A DNA stretch of 64,000 nucleotides, taken from assembly GCA_965213685.1 (NCBI GenBank), contig CBDBZY010000041.1:448001-512000 (forward strand), given 5' to 3'. A model generated the notes under the pieces. That model had not been told where the DNA came from. It searched no databases and saw only the letters and a list, made by a program, of their open reading frames with translations. The DNA comes from a bacterium. Lineage in GTDB: Bacteria > UBA8248. The translations under genes and the position numbers were made by a program. Shown here one piece after another: positions 44,721-56,482 of this stretch (positions are counted from its first letter, which is position 1; each line of letters opens with the position of its first letter).

Positions 44721-45264
44721 CAATAGAGTGTACCTAACATCAACTCTTGTGTGGCAAAGACTACCATTGCAGACATTGAACATCAAGTGCTGCTTTTTAT
44801 TGCACCAGGAACACAGCGTGTACACCCAGCACCGAGTCCATTGTTCTCTCCTGCACTGAGGATGCAATGATTACCATGACATGCACCCAATACTTATTCC
44901 CATACATTGTTTTCTGATTCCCATATATACATTATTTTCTTTCTGCACTACAAGGGAAGGTAGTTGTAACCACATTGTGCAATCACCATGAAAGGGGGTC
45001 CAGTAGTAGGGATGCACATTCAAAACTGAGTCACTGTCTCTGACCTACCTCAATGTGGACCCCTTCATACTTGCATAGGATGCTGCAACTGGTGTATATC
45101 TCACAACAGTGAGTCAAGTGCAAATATAATCATGCTCGTGCTCAAGCTTGTACATCAAAGTTAATACTCCACATTGGGCTTTTACTCGATATTGAAGTTG
45201 TGACTCAAAACTGCACTACTACAAAGGTAAGGCATAATACACATGATGGCATACAAAAGATATA

Positions 45265-48200
45265 CTAAATCTTTCTTATTTGTTCGTAGGCATTCTGTAA
45301 CTCTAACTTTAAAGCACTTGGAATCCTACTGGAGGTGGTGAGTTCAAGAGGAAACAAAACAGAGGTGATTGGTATTGTCTCTCTCCATGTTGTATATATG
45401 CCTTGTTTTCGATATTTGTATAGCACCCAAGGTTGTGAATACGTGCCAGTCATCCATTCTATTACTACACTCTTCAAATCTCTCTCCAGAGCTACAACTT
45501 TCCCAATTTGAGGCTCCTCATCGCCATAACATTGTAAGAAGCATGCCACCACCATACCCACTTCAATTGTGTCACAATTCACAACAAATTCATTGTCCTC
45601 ACTCATATCATCTTCCCCAGCAGAGGAAAAAACTGAAGTGGGAGGACGTGGTGGTGCAGCAGGAACAGTCTCTCTGGGAGAATCAGTAGTGCTCTGTATG
45701 ATATATACAAATACACATACTTTCTTATACAACTGCTATAACATCACATCATTACCACACACCTCATGTGAAGAATTGAGTGGCTGTTCCTTGTGCTTCA
45801 CTGCAATCTAGAGCACATTAAAGAGTGCTGACATGCCAATACATACGAGTCATATTTTAACATACCTTTGCTGGAATATTAGTGTCTTTAGATACCAGTC
45901 GTGTAATCTCAGCTCCAAGTGGCTCTGGCTCTTGTACCATTCTTGTCGAGCTAGAAATTATAGCAGCTGACACAAGGGTTGGAAGCATCCAGGGAACTGG
46001 GTCTAGAGTGAGATGGTCCAGCTCTGCGGTCTTAGACATAAAGCTTTCCCACGCTTCCCATGCAGGACCTGAGAGCCACTGCCGGTACTTGTGCAGATCT
46101 CGTAAAAGGTGCTCTAGATCAATTTTGCCTGATGATGGAACCACCAGTGGTGCAACATCACTTGCATCTGGGCAACCCTATATTACATATAGGGGTGAAC
46201 TGAAATCATACATATGCATGAGTTTGAACAAAAATTACCGAAAGAAGATGAATTCCAACACCTGCAGGCTGCCAGGGGTTAGTACTAAACCTCTTGTAGT
46301 GCATTTCTGCTCTATTTGAAGAGCCCAAAGTGAATCTGAACACCAAGTACTTCGAGTGATTAGCAACATCACCAAGTACAGGAGCTAACCAGGACTTGAA
46401 GTCCCAAATGAAGGATAGAAGGTGAGCACTGGGATTTGGCGTGCTGCTGCGGTGTATGACCTGAAGTAAATCTGAAATTAGTCAGAACACTATTTAACAT
46501 TTCTGTGGTACATATATATGCCAAAATTATACCTGGTATTGACTCAGCGCCAGTATGCCGAATTTCATCTCCTATTTTTGAGAAAAGCTGATCAACATCT
46601 TCGTGGGTGTGCCCCACAGGAAGGAAATTAACTTGAACCTGTCCAAAAATGCATGTACAAAATAAATACAAACTCACAACATATCCTATTAAACCAGGCT
46701 ACCTTTTGGAAGATTCTTAGCTCAACAAGAGCTGCACAGAATCCAAGAACATATCTGTTCTTGTTCTCCCTTACTGTATTGTCCATTTGCAGATAAAGGG
46801 TTGAAGGAAGAGGTCTTGCTTTCTGGAACTCATTAAGGGTGTTCATTAATACCGTTAGAGTAAGGTTGCTGTCATGTGGCCACTGGAGGAGGTCAACATA
46901 GGCAAATGCCAACTTCCCACATGGAGCTTGTGTATGAGCAAGAACACCAGTCACATGAGTTCGCAAACGCCATAGTCCAGATGTAGACTTGGCAATGATT
47001 TTGGTGTTGGGCAAATTAGTTTTTGCCTGATCCATGCCATCAATAATGATAGCAACACACTTGTTGGGCTCAGATCTAGCCTTTTGTCGATGATGGTGAT
47101 ACTTCTTCCGCTCAGACCTATAAAGTAGGCAAACACTTAAGGCCTTTTCACACTTAATGCGCATTCAAGGCGACTCGAAGTGGATCGGGGTTGAATGCGA
47201 ATTCAAGGCGCATTGATCCATTTCACACTACGCGAAGCTCAATCCACTTCCTCTAGAGGTATACGGAGATGTGTCACGTGGTCCTGCCCGTATTTTGTGC
47301 GTAGAAGTGGCTGCGTGTCAGCTTCCTCATAGCTCTAACTTTAGGCCTGCCCGGAACATGAACTAGCTAGTGTATTGAGGTATTTGCTGGTAAAAGACGA
47401 CATCAGATCAGGAGGAGACGCGTTTACACGAAAGAGACTGTGATAAGAGCGGGATTACAGCGCAGACGTTGAGCTTTGTGTGCAAAGATCGGGAAAACTT
47501 GTGAGCATAGATCGCTTGTGCTATTTGTCCCTCGTTGTGCTCCCGCTGCAGCCTTGCACATACCACAGACACTGTATGCACATGCGGATGCAATTATGAA
47601 GGCGTGGTCCCGCGTGATAATTGGTCAATGCGCATTCAATCCACTTCAAACCACCTCCCGAGGTGGTTTGGGCCAAACCGGTTTGAATGCGCATTAGGTA
47701 GCAATGCGCATCGAGTGTGAAAACGCTCAATGCGCATTCGATGCGCATTGGAGTGTAGTGTGAAAAGGCCTTTAGGTTTCTGAAGCAACATAAGGGTGTC
47801 TCAAGAGTTCTTTTCAACAAACACTTACTCTACTTTCAGTAGGTGTTCTTGTAGTGCAGCTTTGAGTTCAGCTTGCTTGCTTTTGTCAAGGCATCCACTC
47901 CTCTCCAACTTCACTTTGACACACAGATCACACTTAGCAAACCTGTTTTGCTAGAAAAGGAATCAGCATGCAATGACAATATTCAAAGAAAACGAGCCCT
48001 TATGTACTTAACTGAATGTGCTTCACATGCGTATTTCACAGCTACGTAAGAGGAGGCAGCAATCTAGTAGGCATTCACTAAAGGCTGCATTGGAAGGCTT
48101 TCATGAGAGCCTAATAGATATGAATCACGAAAATCTCAACTGACACATATTAGAAGATGTGAAGCTATAACAAGCTTGAAGCACATATATGTATATAGCA

Positions 48201-49390
48201 TAATAAGAGAGTAATTTGCATGAAACCCAAATGCACATACACTAAAACTATTGAGTCATACACAACAAATAACAAGGCTTCCATCTCATAACAAATGTTG
48301 TTTCATTTCCAAGTTGACAAAAATCCCATACACAGCAGTACCATTCACTTGCTTCTGTGTGCCAGTCACAGCTTAAAGATGCCATAAACATGCAATATAC
48401 AAGCCTAACACCTCATAAACACTCCTACTCATGAATTAGAGGCAACAAATTTGAATCATAACAAATTCACACTGAAGTACATTCATTAATATATAATTCT
48501 AAACATACCTGGGGAATTACAACATTGGAAAAACTTTCTGCCCAGATCTTGTAAAACATACTCAGCGACACAATTTCTACAGCAGGAATGCCTTGAATGG
48601 TCATATCTTCCGTATACCGCATGTACACATCCTTTTGTGTTTCCCATGATGGCAAATGAATTTGAGAATTGTGTGGCATCTTGTCCCCCACCAAATGGAA
48701 GTACTTCGTCATCCATGCTTTGGCACTATTGGACTTTGTGTTTGACCTACGTCTGCCTTTGTTTCCATGCTCTGCCACCAGGACTCCATCTGACACAGAT
48801 TTCACTAAACGAGACAATCGGCGGGATGAAACTCCATATAATCGGGACCATGATGCTTGGCATATTTCAAAGCCAGATAAGCTGAACTTGACCTGCCGCT
48901 TCCCCTTCTCTTGCTCATGGCTATTCTCAAGAATTCTGTCCATCAACCACTGACGCTGCTCGTTCACTTTCAGTGAGTAATACCTCCTTCTGGCTGCCAT
49001 CACATCAAGCGCAGTAAGGTGGAGAAGGCACTGTCGGTGGCAACACTTGGACACCAAGAGGGATCCCACTAGCTCTCGTTCACTCTCACTATCATGTGAA
49101 GCAACATCACAGAAGGACTCACTTCCTGAGCTGGCCTTCTCCAGGGCATCGCCAACTTCTTTGTTCCTGCTGCTATCGCAGTCACGTTCCTCCGATGGAT
49201 ATACAGCAGAAAGATGGGAAGACTCGTCGCTAGGAAAGCACGCTCCATCACTAGATGACTCGAGACTGCTTAGAGAACTGAACAGGGGAGGTGTTATTTC
49301 TCGACTACATCTTCGCTTGGGGGTAGGACTGAGACTGCTAACACGCTGTGCGTCCGCGAAGTCGTCTGGGTCACTCGCCATCTCGTCCAT
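45265..49390 (-). CDS. Transposase, ~847 aa, 8 exons (Sola-like DDD/E type) with a C-terminal small beta-barrel domain
   Basis: Exons 49390-48509, 47950-47829, 47117-46703, 46638-46533, 46471-46239, 46177-45866, 45807-45763 and 45693-45265, all GT-AG, 2544 nt open. Motifs CC..QC, HGNKG, GDKMP, FAKCDLC, IIIDGMDQ, LYLQMDNTVRENKN and FLPVGHTHEDVDQLFS. The superfamily label is from memory of these motifs plus the 4-bp TSD. Confidence 0.85.
47140..47771. mobile_element. PIF/Harbinger-type MITE in transposase intron 2
   Basis: TTA|AGGCCTTTTCACACT ... AGTGTGAAAAGGCCT|TTA, with internal aatgcgcatt repeats. Confidence 0.85.
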
Positions 49391-49778
49391 ATCCCGCTTT
49401 TGAAACAGGTTTCCGATACCAGTTTTAGAAACGTCCACGTGGATGGTCACGTGCCCGTACTTTGAACCGGCTTCAGAACTGGCTTCTAAAACTGGTTTCA
49501 CCAGTCTAATTCCACGTGGAGAGCCACGTGCGCGTATGGGTACGTACAACAAACCAGCTACTATCTACGGTCGCTTCAGTGTTGGTCTCCCTTCGTCGAA
49601 TCTCAGATTCCTCGGCCTCGTCTTCTCCTTCTTTCGTCGAAGTGATTGTTGTGACTAAGCTTACCTGTGCGGAGTGCTGGACTCGTGACTTGTGTGTACA
49701 CGTCCGTAGCGGAAGAGATTCAGGAGTGGTAACGTGTAGGGACTCAACGCTGAGAACAGTGCAGTTATCTGAAGCAAG
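49391..49778. promoter_or_regulatory. Putative bidirectional promoter between the two transposon genes
   Basis: 388 bp separate the divergent ATGs. The region is CpG-rich with several CACGTG E-box-like sites. Function is inferred from geometry only. Confidence 0.45.
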
Positions 49779-52700
49779 ATGACACGCCCTAAGAAGTGGT
49801 TTATGACGGAGAATGATGGTCACGGAGGTGGAATTGTGTTAAGAAATTGCGATGGTTTGTTGAAAAAGCCTAACGCCCTTCAACCACTTGGGCGTATTTC
49901 GAGTGTGACAGTTGCGGATGCGGAATCTTCCAAGTATGCTCAAAGCGTGCTGGTGAGTTTGTTCTATTGGCGACTGAAATGTTCTCCTCATAGCTCGATG
50001 GTGACCTTTCTATCTACAATACTGGCTACACCTAGTCTCGTGCCCAGCCGCCCCACCCACGGGGAGGAAGGAGCGTCTGGTAACTATTGAACGTATTCCT
50101 GGTCCTAACGCCTCGCAGTCAAAGGGTATCCGGTTACCGCAATTACGGTTGTACGGATTCGTGGACTATGCACCTGCAGTAGACATACATATAAATACCG
50201 GCCTTTGGTCGGAGCTCTAGCCTTTACAAAAGCTGATACGTCTTCCAGAGGGCTGCTTCTCCACTCTCTTCATTTCTACAATTGTTAGAGCCATACTTGT
50301 CTTTAGTATGAGCAGTAAGGACGCCATGCAGTCCACCATAGAATGGCGGCGTTCTCTCTTCGAAGTGTAGCACCGTAAATGAACGAATACTAGTTTCAGA
50401 TCGAGCGACTGAACACACATCTAGTACTGCTATGTACAAGGAGCCCGTGCTTCACTCCCGCTCAGGAACAATCCAATCATCTTCTCTTCTACGCAGACAT
50501 GGCCCAACGTCCGTAAGTGGCCCAGCACATGCAACGACGCGCAACTACGATAGCTAAGAGAGCCTAGAAATCCCTGGGGTGGCTGTGCACTGGACTTTGA
50601 ACCAACTTCATCTACATACTTTGCGGCGCACGTGCGATTTGATTGACAGTTCTGCAACCTGATTGGTGAGCCTGAATTCCGGCGCAGAAAGGTGTTAGGA
50701 CCAAGAAATGCTGCAATAGTTACCAGACCCTCTTTCAGGCGGGCGCACGTGAGGGTCTGGGCACGAGACTAGGGTACACCAGTAACGGGTGTGGTGTGAA
50801 TTTGTGATTGTGATACCTTAAGAATGCACGAGGCTCTTTGATTAGCGTTGGTGTCTAGAGTTGTGGGTGTTAGGGGCATGAGTAGTGTAGAATTTAGATT
50901 GTGTGTACAAAATTGATGTACTTGAGGTTAATTTTTGCACAGAGTAACAGTATATTTCTTTTCCAGTTTAAGTGTGAAAATGGAAGAATAGTCCTGCCTC
51001 TGAAGTGTCATGAATGGAACCAGTCTGATTTTTCAGCAAAGTTTTCCAGTGTTACCTCTGCAAAAGAATTTGAAGCTAAATGGCTTGAAGAAATGTCTGG
51101 CTCAGCACCAAATGATGCTACAGATTCTTCTACCATGCCATCTCCCATGTCAACATCAACACAGAGTGAGCAATCCAGTAGACTGGCTCATGCCAGTACA
51201 CCTACATCAAGTGGATTTGTGCCGTCTGACCGGCCTCCTAAGCGTAGGCATGGTGAAAGTAAGTCATCCCAGGGTGCAAGCCATTCATCATTCCAATCAG
51301 GCATCTTGAGTGAATCACCATCTAAAAGATGCAAGTTTATTAAGGAAGGGATTGACGAAAGGATTGAAAGATGTCGCAAAGGTAAGTATATAAAACGTTT
51401 TAGGAACACACCCCTTATTGTCAGTAGTCTGTGTTTCACATAGTTCCATTGAACTTTCTCTGTTGATTCTTGTATGCAGGATTGATGGAGTTACCTGTTT
51501 CGCAGTTATCTCAACCCCCCAGGGAATCACGTCTGCTTCGAGAAGCTGATCCAACATTTGTTCGCAACCTGAAGCTAAAGATGACGCAAGATCCATCTGC
51601 ACCAGGGGCAACACCCATGGCTGTTCTTTGCAAGGATGTAGAAGTAATTACAGAATTTCATTTGAAGCACAAAAATGTGTATAAGTATGAAGTACTTGGT
51701 GGGCTTCATACTCTTATTGCAAAGAATCAGTTAATGGAAGAGTATCCTGGAAACCCCTTTTTCAAGGCTGTCACTGCTGATGTTTATGTTGGACTCAATG
51801 ATGAGGAGGCACTCAGGCTCGCTCAGAGGCATAATCTGAACTCACATTTTGTTCATCATGTGACACATCGGGATTTGGTATGTACAGCTGTAAAGTGACA
51901 TGGCGTGTGTGCAATGGTGGGAATACATTTACGTGCATGTGCATGCACGTTGTTTGATTGAAGATATATAGCTTGTAGCTAGTATAATTATCCTATGGTT
52001 TATATGGCAGTTAAGCCGCACTGATCTGAGGTTGCTTGATGTGTTCTATTGCTTTTTTGATGGTTTTTCTATTCCTATGTATTTTTCCATTTCTATCACC
52101 AGTTTGGAGTCAGCTCTACAATGTTTGGGCAGTCGTATCTTTCTTGCTATGCATGCTCCCAACTGACATTCATGCCAGTTAGATTTACGTTGGGCTCTTT
52201 GTATGTACATTACTGGATTGTGTCACCACTGAGTCTTCCTTTTCAATGTAGGTAGAGGCCTGCCGCGCTCGACTTTACAGGATGGAGGGGAAAAGTATGG
52301 ATGCAGAAACCCCACAGCCATCTGCAGCCTGGAGGGAATCATGCAAAAAGGCAATCATTCCTGAGGTAACACCTGTACACAATCTTTGATGGATGACGGT
52401 GACCTATATGTATGTTTAATTTCCACAGGATATCTCAAATACACATCGGGATGCCATCTTTTTCCAAGCTGCCTTCACAAAGAAGGTCTGGGACCTTGCA
52501 GTGGAGGTTATGGACCTTTTTGAGCAGGCTAAGCTGAAAGGACAACGACTTAATCTATCTACATTGCTAACAAAGCCCGAGTTTAAACAACAATATTTTG
52601 CTCCAATCAGACGCCTAGATGAGAGTGAACAATGCTGCCTTCTAACTAAGGTTCGTGCGTATTCTAAGGCCATGGTTTGATATTTTGGTATTAATTTATA

Positions 52701-53869
52701 CCTCTGTGTAATTTAGTTTTCCTCTGTGTTGCTAAGTATAACTGCAGCCATTTTGTAGGTGATCAATGGAGAGTGTTCACTTGCTGATCTGAAATTGGAA
52801 GCCGCTGACATCAAGCAGATGAGGGCCTTGAAGACAGCTTTTCTTCGTTTGACCAACACTGGTACGTGGGAAGAAGCCAGTGAGAAGTACCCGGCATTTG
52901 CATCAGAACAGCATCTACGGAAGTTCATGAGAATGGACTTAAACAAATGTATTCCCCAACCTTTTGCTGATTTTTGTACTCGAGCCAAGCTTTCTGAATC
53001 AGATCCAGACAGTGAATGTACTTCCTCTAACCTCTGTGTGAAGTGCCACACCTCAGTGGCCTGCGTTATTGATGCAAAATCTACTGAGCTTAGTGGACAA
53101 ACTATCACAAAGAGGTTTGCATCTTTCAAAGGTGCAAAAATTACTTTGATCTCACTAGATGCGGTATGTTTTTCAAACAGTGTTTTAGTAATTTTGTTTT
53201 AATTGCTTTGTATTCTTTCACGCAGGATTGTACGAGGGAAACTATTGAAAGCTTAGCGTATACTATCAAGGAAATAAATGCTGTAGCTGGCTGCAGCACA
53301 TACACTGTTGGAGCACTCTCTTGCCCAGCCTCCTTTCAAGTCATACAGGAAGTGTGGACAAAGGTTTTTGTGAATGCAGATGTTCTGTTTGCAGCAGTAA
53401 AGACAACTAAACAAGGTACTTACTTGTGAAGCATAGTGTTTTTATGATATAATATCATTTTCAATTTTAACTTGCAGCTCGTACCTCCCCACGCTTGAAT
53501 TCCTGTGTTACTGTTGTTGTTTTGGGTTTTTTTTCACCGGATGACATGTTGAAGGATGAGCATTTCAATTTTAACCCTGGAGAGCCCAGAAATAACTACT
53601 TTGAGGGAACAGAGCAAGAAATGTTTATGCATATTATTCAACACTTCTCTCCTGATGGTTGCACTGTTCTGGACATGACTGGATGTTCTGGTAAGCATCT
53701 TACCATTTACTTTATGTGCCAAAATTATGCATGGATATTATTGTAATATATAGGAATGGCATCAAGAGCTGCCCTCACTAGTGGGAGAAATGCGGTATGT
53801 GTGCTAGACGGGGAGGAGCTCTGTTCAGCTGCTTTCACGTCTCTATCTGAACTGTCTTCTGATGACTAA
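49779..53869 (+). CDS. ~748-aa accessory protein, 9 exons: ParB/Srx-like domain + helical region + degenerate N6/N4 DNA-methyltransferase-like C-terminus
   Basis: Exons 49779-49952, 50967-51381, 51480-51877, 52252-52365, 52429-52650, 52759-53163, 53226-53415, 53478-53690 and 53754-53869, all GT-AG, 2247 nt open. ParB-like region ELPVSQL...LREADPTFVRNLKLKM...YEVLGGLHTLIA...YVGLNDEEALRLAQRHN. MTase-like region FMHIIQHFSPDGCTVLDMTGCSGMASRAALTSGRNAVCV. Confidence 0.8.
50033..50771. mobile_element. AcademH-type MITE in intron 1 of the ParB-like gene
   Basis: TAGTCTCGTGCCCAG ... CTGGGCACGAGACTA with 9-bp flanks ggctacacc/gggtacacc. Confidence 0.8.
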
Positions 53870-54094
53870 TTAAATGAACTGTTTATCAAGGTCACCAAAT
53901 ATGTAATATTGTGTTGCATTCACTTCGTCATGTTCTCTTCAAACAATATGTTGTGAAAGTTACCTTTGAGTGTCTTTTGCATGTGGCACAGCACCCAATT
54001 TTGAGTCCTAGCTTGACAAAGACCAAGCTCTATCCCTTAACCCTAATTTACTATATAGAGCACATGCTGCTTGAGTGCTTTCATGTAGCTGCAA

Positions 54095-54935
54095 AGAAAT
54101 GTCAAAGCTGGGACTTAATTTTGAATTCTCTTCAAGATGAGCGTGGGAGATAGAACATAATTGCAGACTTGAGTGGTTTGTCAAGAAGATGTAAGCTTAA
54201 GAGTTGGCTTTCCTGGAAGAAGGGACTCAAAATTTAATTACAACTCATTAAACTGCTCACCTTATAAGGGAGGGAGAGAAATTAGAGTTCTACAAGCTAG
54301 TCATATGAGAAAAGAGACTCAAATTTGAGTTCCATAAACTAGTTGCATGAAGAAAGGGACTCAAATTTGATAACTCGCCTAGGGGAGGGAACTCAGCCTT
54401 GAGTTCAGCAAACTGCTCACCTTGAAGTATGGACTCAAATTTGAGTTGTACAAACTGCTTGCCTCTTCAAGAGTTTTCAGCTTTGAGTTCTGTTTGTTGC
54501 TCACCTTGAAAACAGACTCACCTTTGAGTTCTATCAACTTTTCACTTTGAAAAAGGGACTCAACTGTGAGTTCTTCAAACTGCCCCCCTTGAAGAAAGGA
54601 CTCAACTTTGAGTTCTGTGAACTGCTCACCTGGAAGAAGGGACTCAACTTTGAGTTCTGTGAACTGCTCACCTTGAAGAAGGGACTCAACTTTGGGTTCT
54701 ACAGTTGGCTCATCTGAAAGAGGACACGGCTATGACTCCCACAAACTTCACATTTTGAAGTGCTCACCTTGCATCAGAGACTCAACTTTGAGTTGTACAA
54801 GCTGCTCACCTATTCAACCTTGGGTCAGGCAGTTGCCTCACCTGGAAAGAAGGTTTCAGCTTTGAGGTGTGCAAACTGCTTACCTGGAAGAGTAAAGGGA
54901 AACCTGGAGAATATGACTCAACTTTGAGTTTCTGG
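54095..54935. repeat. Right array: diverged ~42-bp monomers
   Basis: Consensus gggactcaactttgagttctgtgaactgctcacctkgaagaa, with core positions at ~54389, 54431, 54512, 54555, 54598, 54640 and 54681. Confidence 0.9.
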
Positions 54936-56401
54936 AATCACACATTTGAAAGATGCGACTTAAACGAGGGACTGGGTAACAAGCTCATGTACATGAACCT
55001 GAAGAAATTTAGTGTGTAAAGGACATTTCATATGAGACTCACTTGAGAAATGCAGTGAAAGTTTGATTAACACTCAGATATTGAGAAACTAAGGGCAAAA
55101 TGTTGAGTGTTACCTTCACATTTCACCATAGTCTTGAGTATATCTCAAGAAAGTGCCTCAAAAACCTACAGAGAGTAAGGAAAGAGGGTGGTGTCTGCTT
55201 GCTTTCTTGAGTTATTATCTCACAAAAGTTGCAATTTCTTCATTAAAAAATTGATTACAAAATGACAAAATAATTTCCACTGTGTTCTAAACTGTTCTTT
55301 ATTCATATTTTATTACCCATGCATGTGCACTTGTAGTGTTGCTATGGAAACTGACATATTTTTGTAGTTCATCATTGGTGATCCTGTCTAGAAATTGTAG
55401 TACATGGTGTAGATATGTACTTAAGAGCTTTTAGAACATGTTATCTAGGTATATTAGGTCTATAAATGACCTATTGGCTCAAACCTCCAACCAGAGGACA
55501 ACCTCCGAAAAGAGAACAAAACCTCTGCTCCCAAAGTGTCCTTTATTCGGAGGTTCCACTGTATACATGTACATGTACATGCATATAAAATTATTGTATG
55601 TGTACATGTACATTGGAGTCATGTTCAAATAGTCGTACATACTGTACATGCACATGTACAAAAGGAATTACTGGGGGAAATGCTGAAATGTAAATTTCGC
55701 CTGTTAGTGTAACTGTCTATACACAGCGCACGCAGCTAGACTTTCACAGGGCCATTTTGTGCGAAAGTAATAGGCATAAAAGTTTGCCTTGAGTAACACA
55801 AGGGCAGGTTTGGCGTTAAATTTTGCCTTTATGTACAAAGGCAATATTGGCATAAAATGTTCCCTTTGTACACAACGACAAAAATTCCTATTTTATGCCA
55901 AACTATGTACGACCCGTCTACAAAACACACCCCAAATCACGTACACTCGCGCTTCAAGGGCAAGTGTCCGTGGAGCCGGCGAAGCTAGCTAGCCTCTGGA
56001 GTCAGTGTGCCAGGCGCCCAACTTGAGTACACGCTGATATGTGACATACGGTCACGCCGTGCCCCACCCCCTAACTAGTCTCGCATAGCCAGACTCTCTC
56101 GGCAAGCGGAGAGAGTCTGGCTTCGCACTACCGCCTAACAGCTTGGGAACGCGCTACAACGGTGGACGCCTCGCCTGCCGGTACGCCATACTCCACCATT
56201 AGATACCTAGGGAACGTTGCTACACTGGCTGCGCCCTGCTTAGAACAGGTTAGAACAGGGCAGCCACACGTATGTAGCTACTGTAGTTAGCCGGCCGAAG
56301 GTTGTCGACATGCCTATGCACTAGCTGTCACGAAAATGTACCAGCATGTGCAGTTTCATGATCATTGGCATTACAGTTATTGAGTTTTGTTTCTTCAACC
56401 T

Positions 56402-56482
56402 GAAGAAGAAGAAGAAGAAGAAGAAGAAGAAGAAGAAGAAGAAGAAGAAGAAGAAGAAGAAGAAGAAGAAGAAGAAGAAGAA
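56402..56482. repeat. (GAA)n microsatellite within a dispersed repeat
   Basis: About 27 GAA units. The paralog at ~11600 has only a short interrupted run. Confidence 0.95.

Larger units (their letters stand above)
41537..55286. mobile_element. 13.75-kb two-gene DNA transposon (Sola-like transposase), apparently intact
   Basis: Left end AACACAGTGGAAAGTATATTGTC; right end reverse-complement AACACAGTGGAAATTATTTTGTC. CTAA lies immediately outside both ends (41533-41536 and 55287-55290). Two divergent spliced ORFs and subterminal repeat arrays inside. Confidence 0.85.
39990..55561. mobile_element. pogo/Tigger-type (Tc1/mariner superfamily) defective element, ~1.8 kb of its own sequence, split by a 13.75-kb nested transposon
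   Basis: TA|CAGTGGAACCTCC ... GGAGGTTCCACTG|TA. The paralogous empty site cacatccaaTAtacatg is at 58446. Internal Tigger-like transposase relic and HIRAN-like ORF. Confidence 0.9.

Noticed and set aside
42261-44867. Cys/Trp/Gly-rich ORFs (MLGPCYGWYCH...)
   Set aside because: They are translations of the satellite, open in several frames at a 385-bp period, with no splice structure.
53100-53869. Active DNA methyltransferase
   Set aside because: No DPPY/NPPY/SPPY catalytic motif is visible and motif I is degenerate, so it is reported only as MTase-like.
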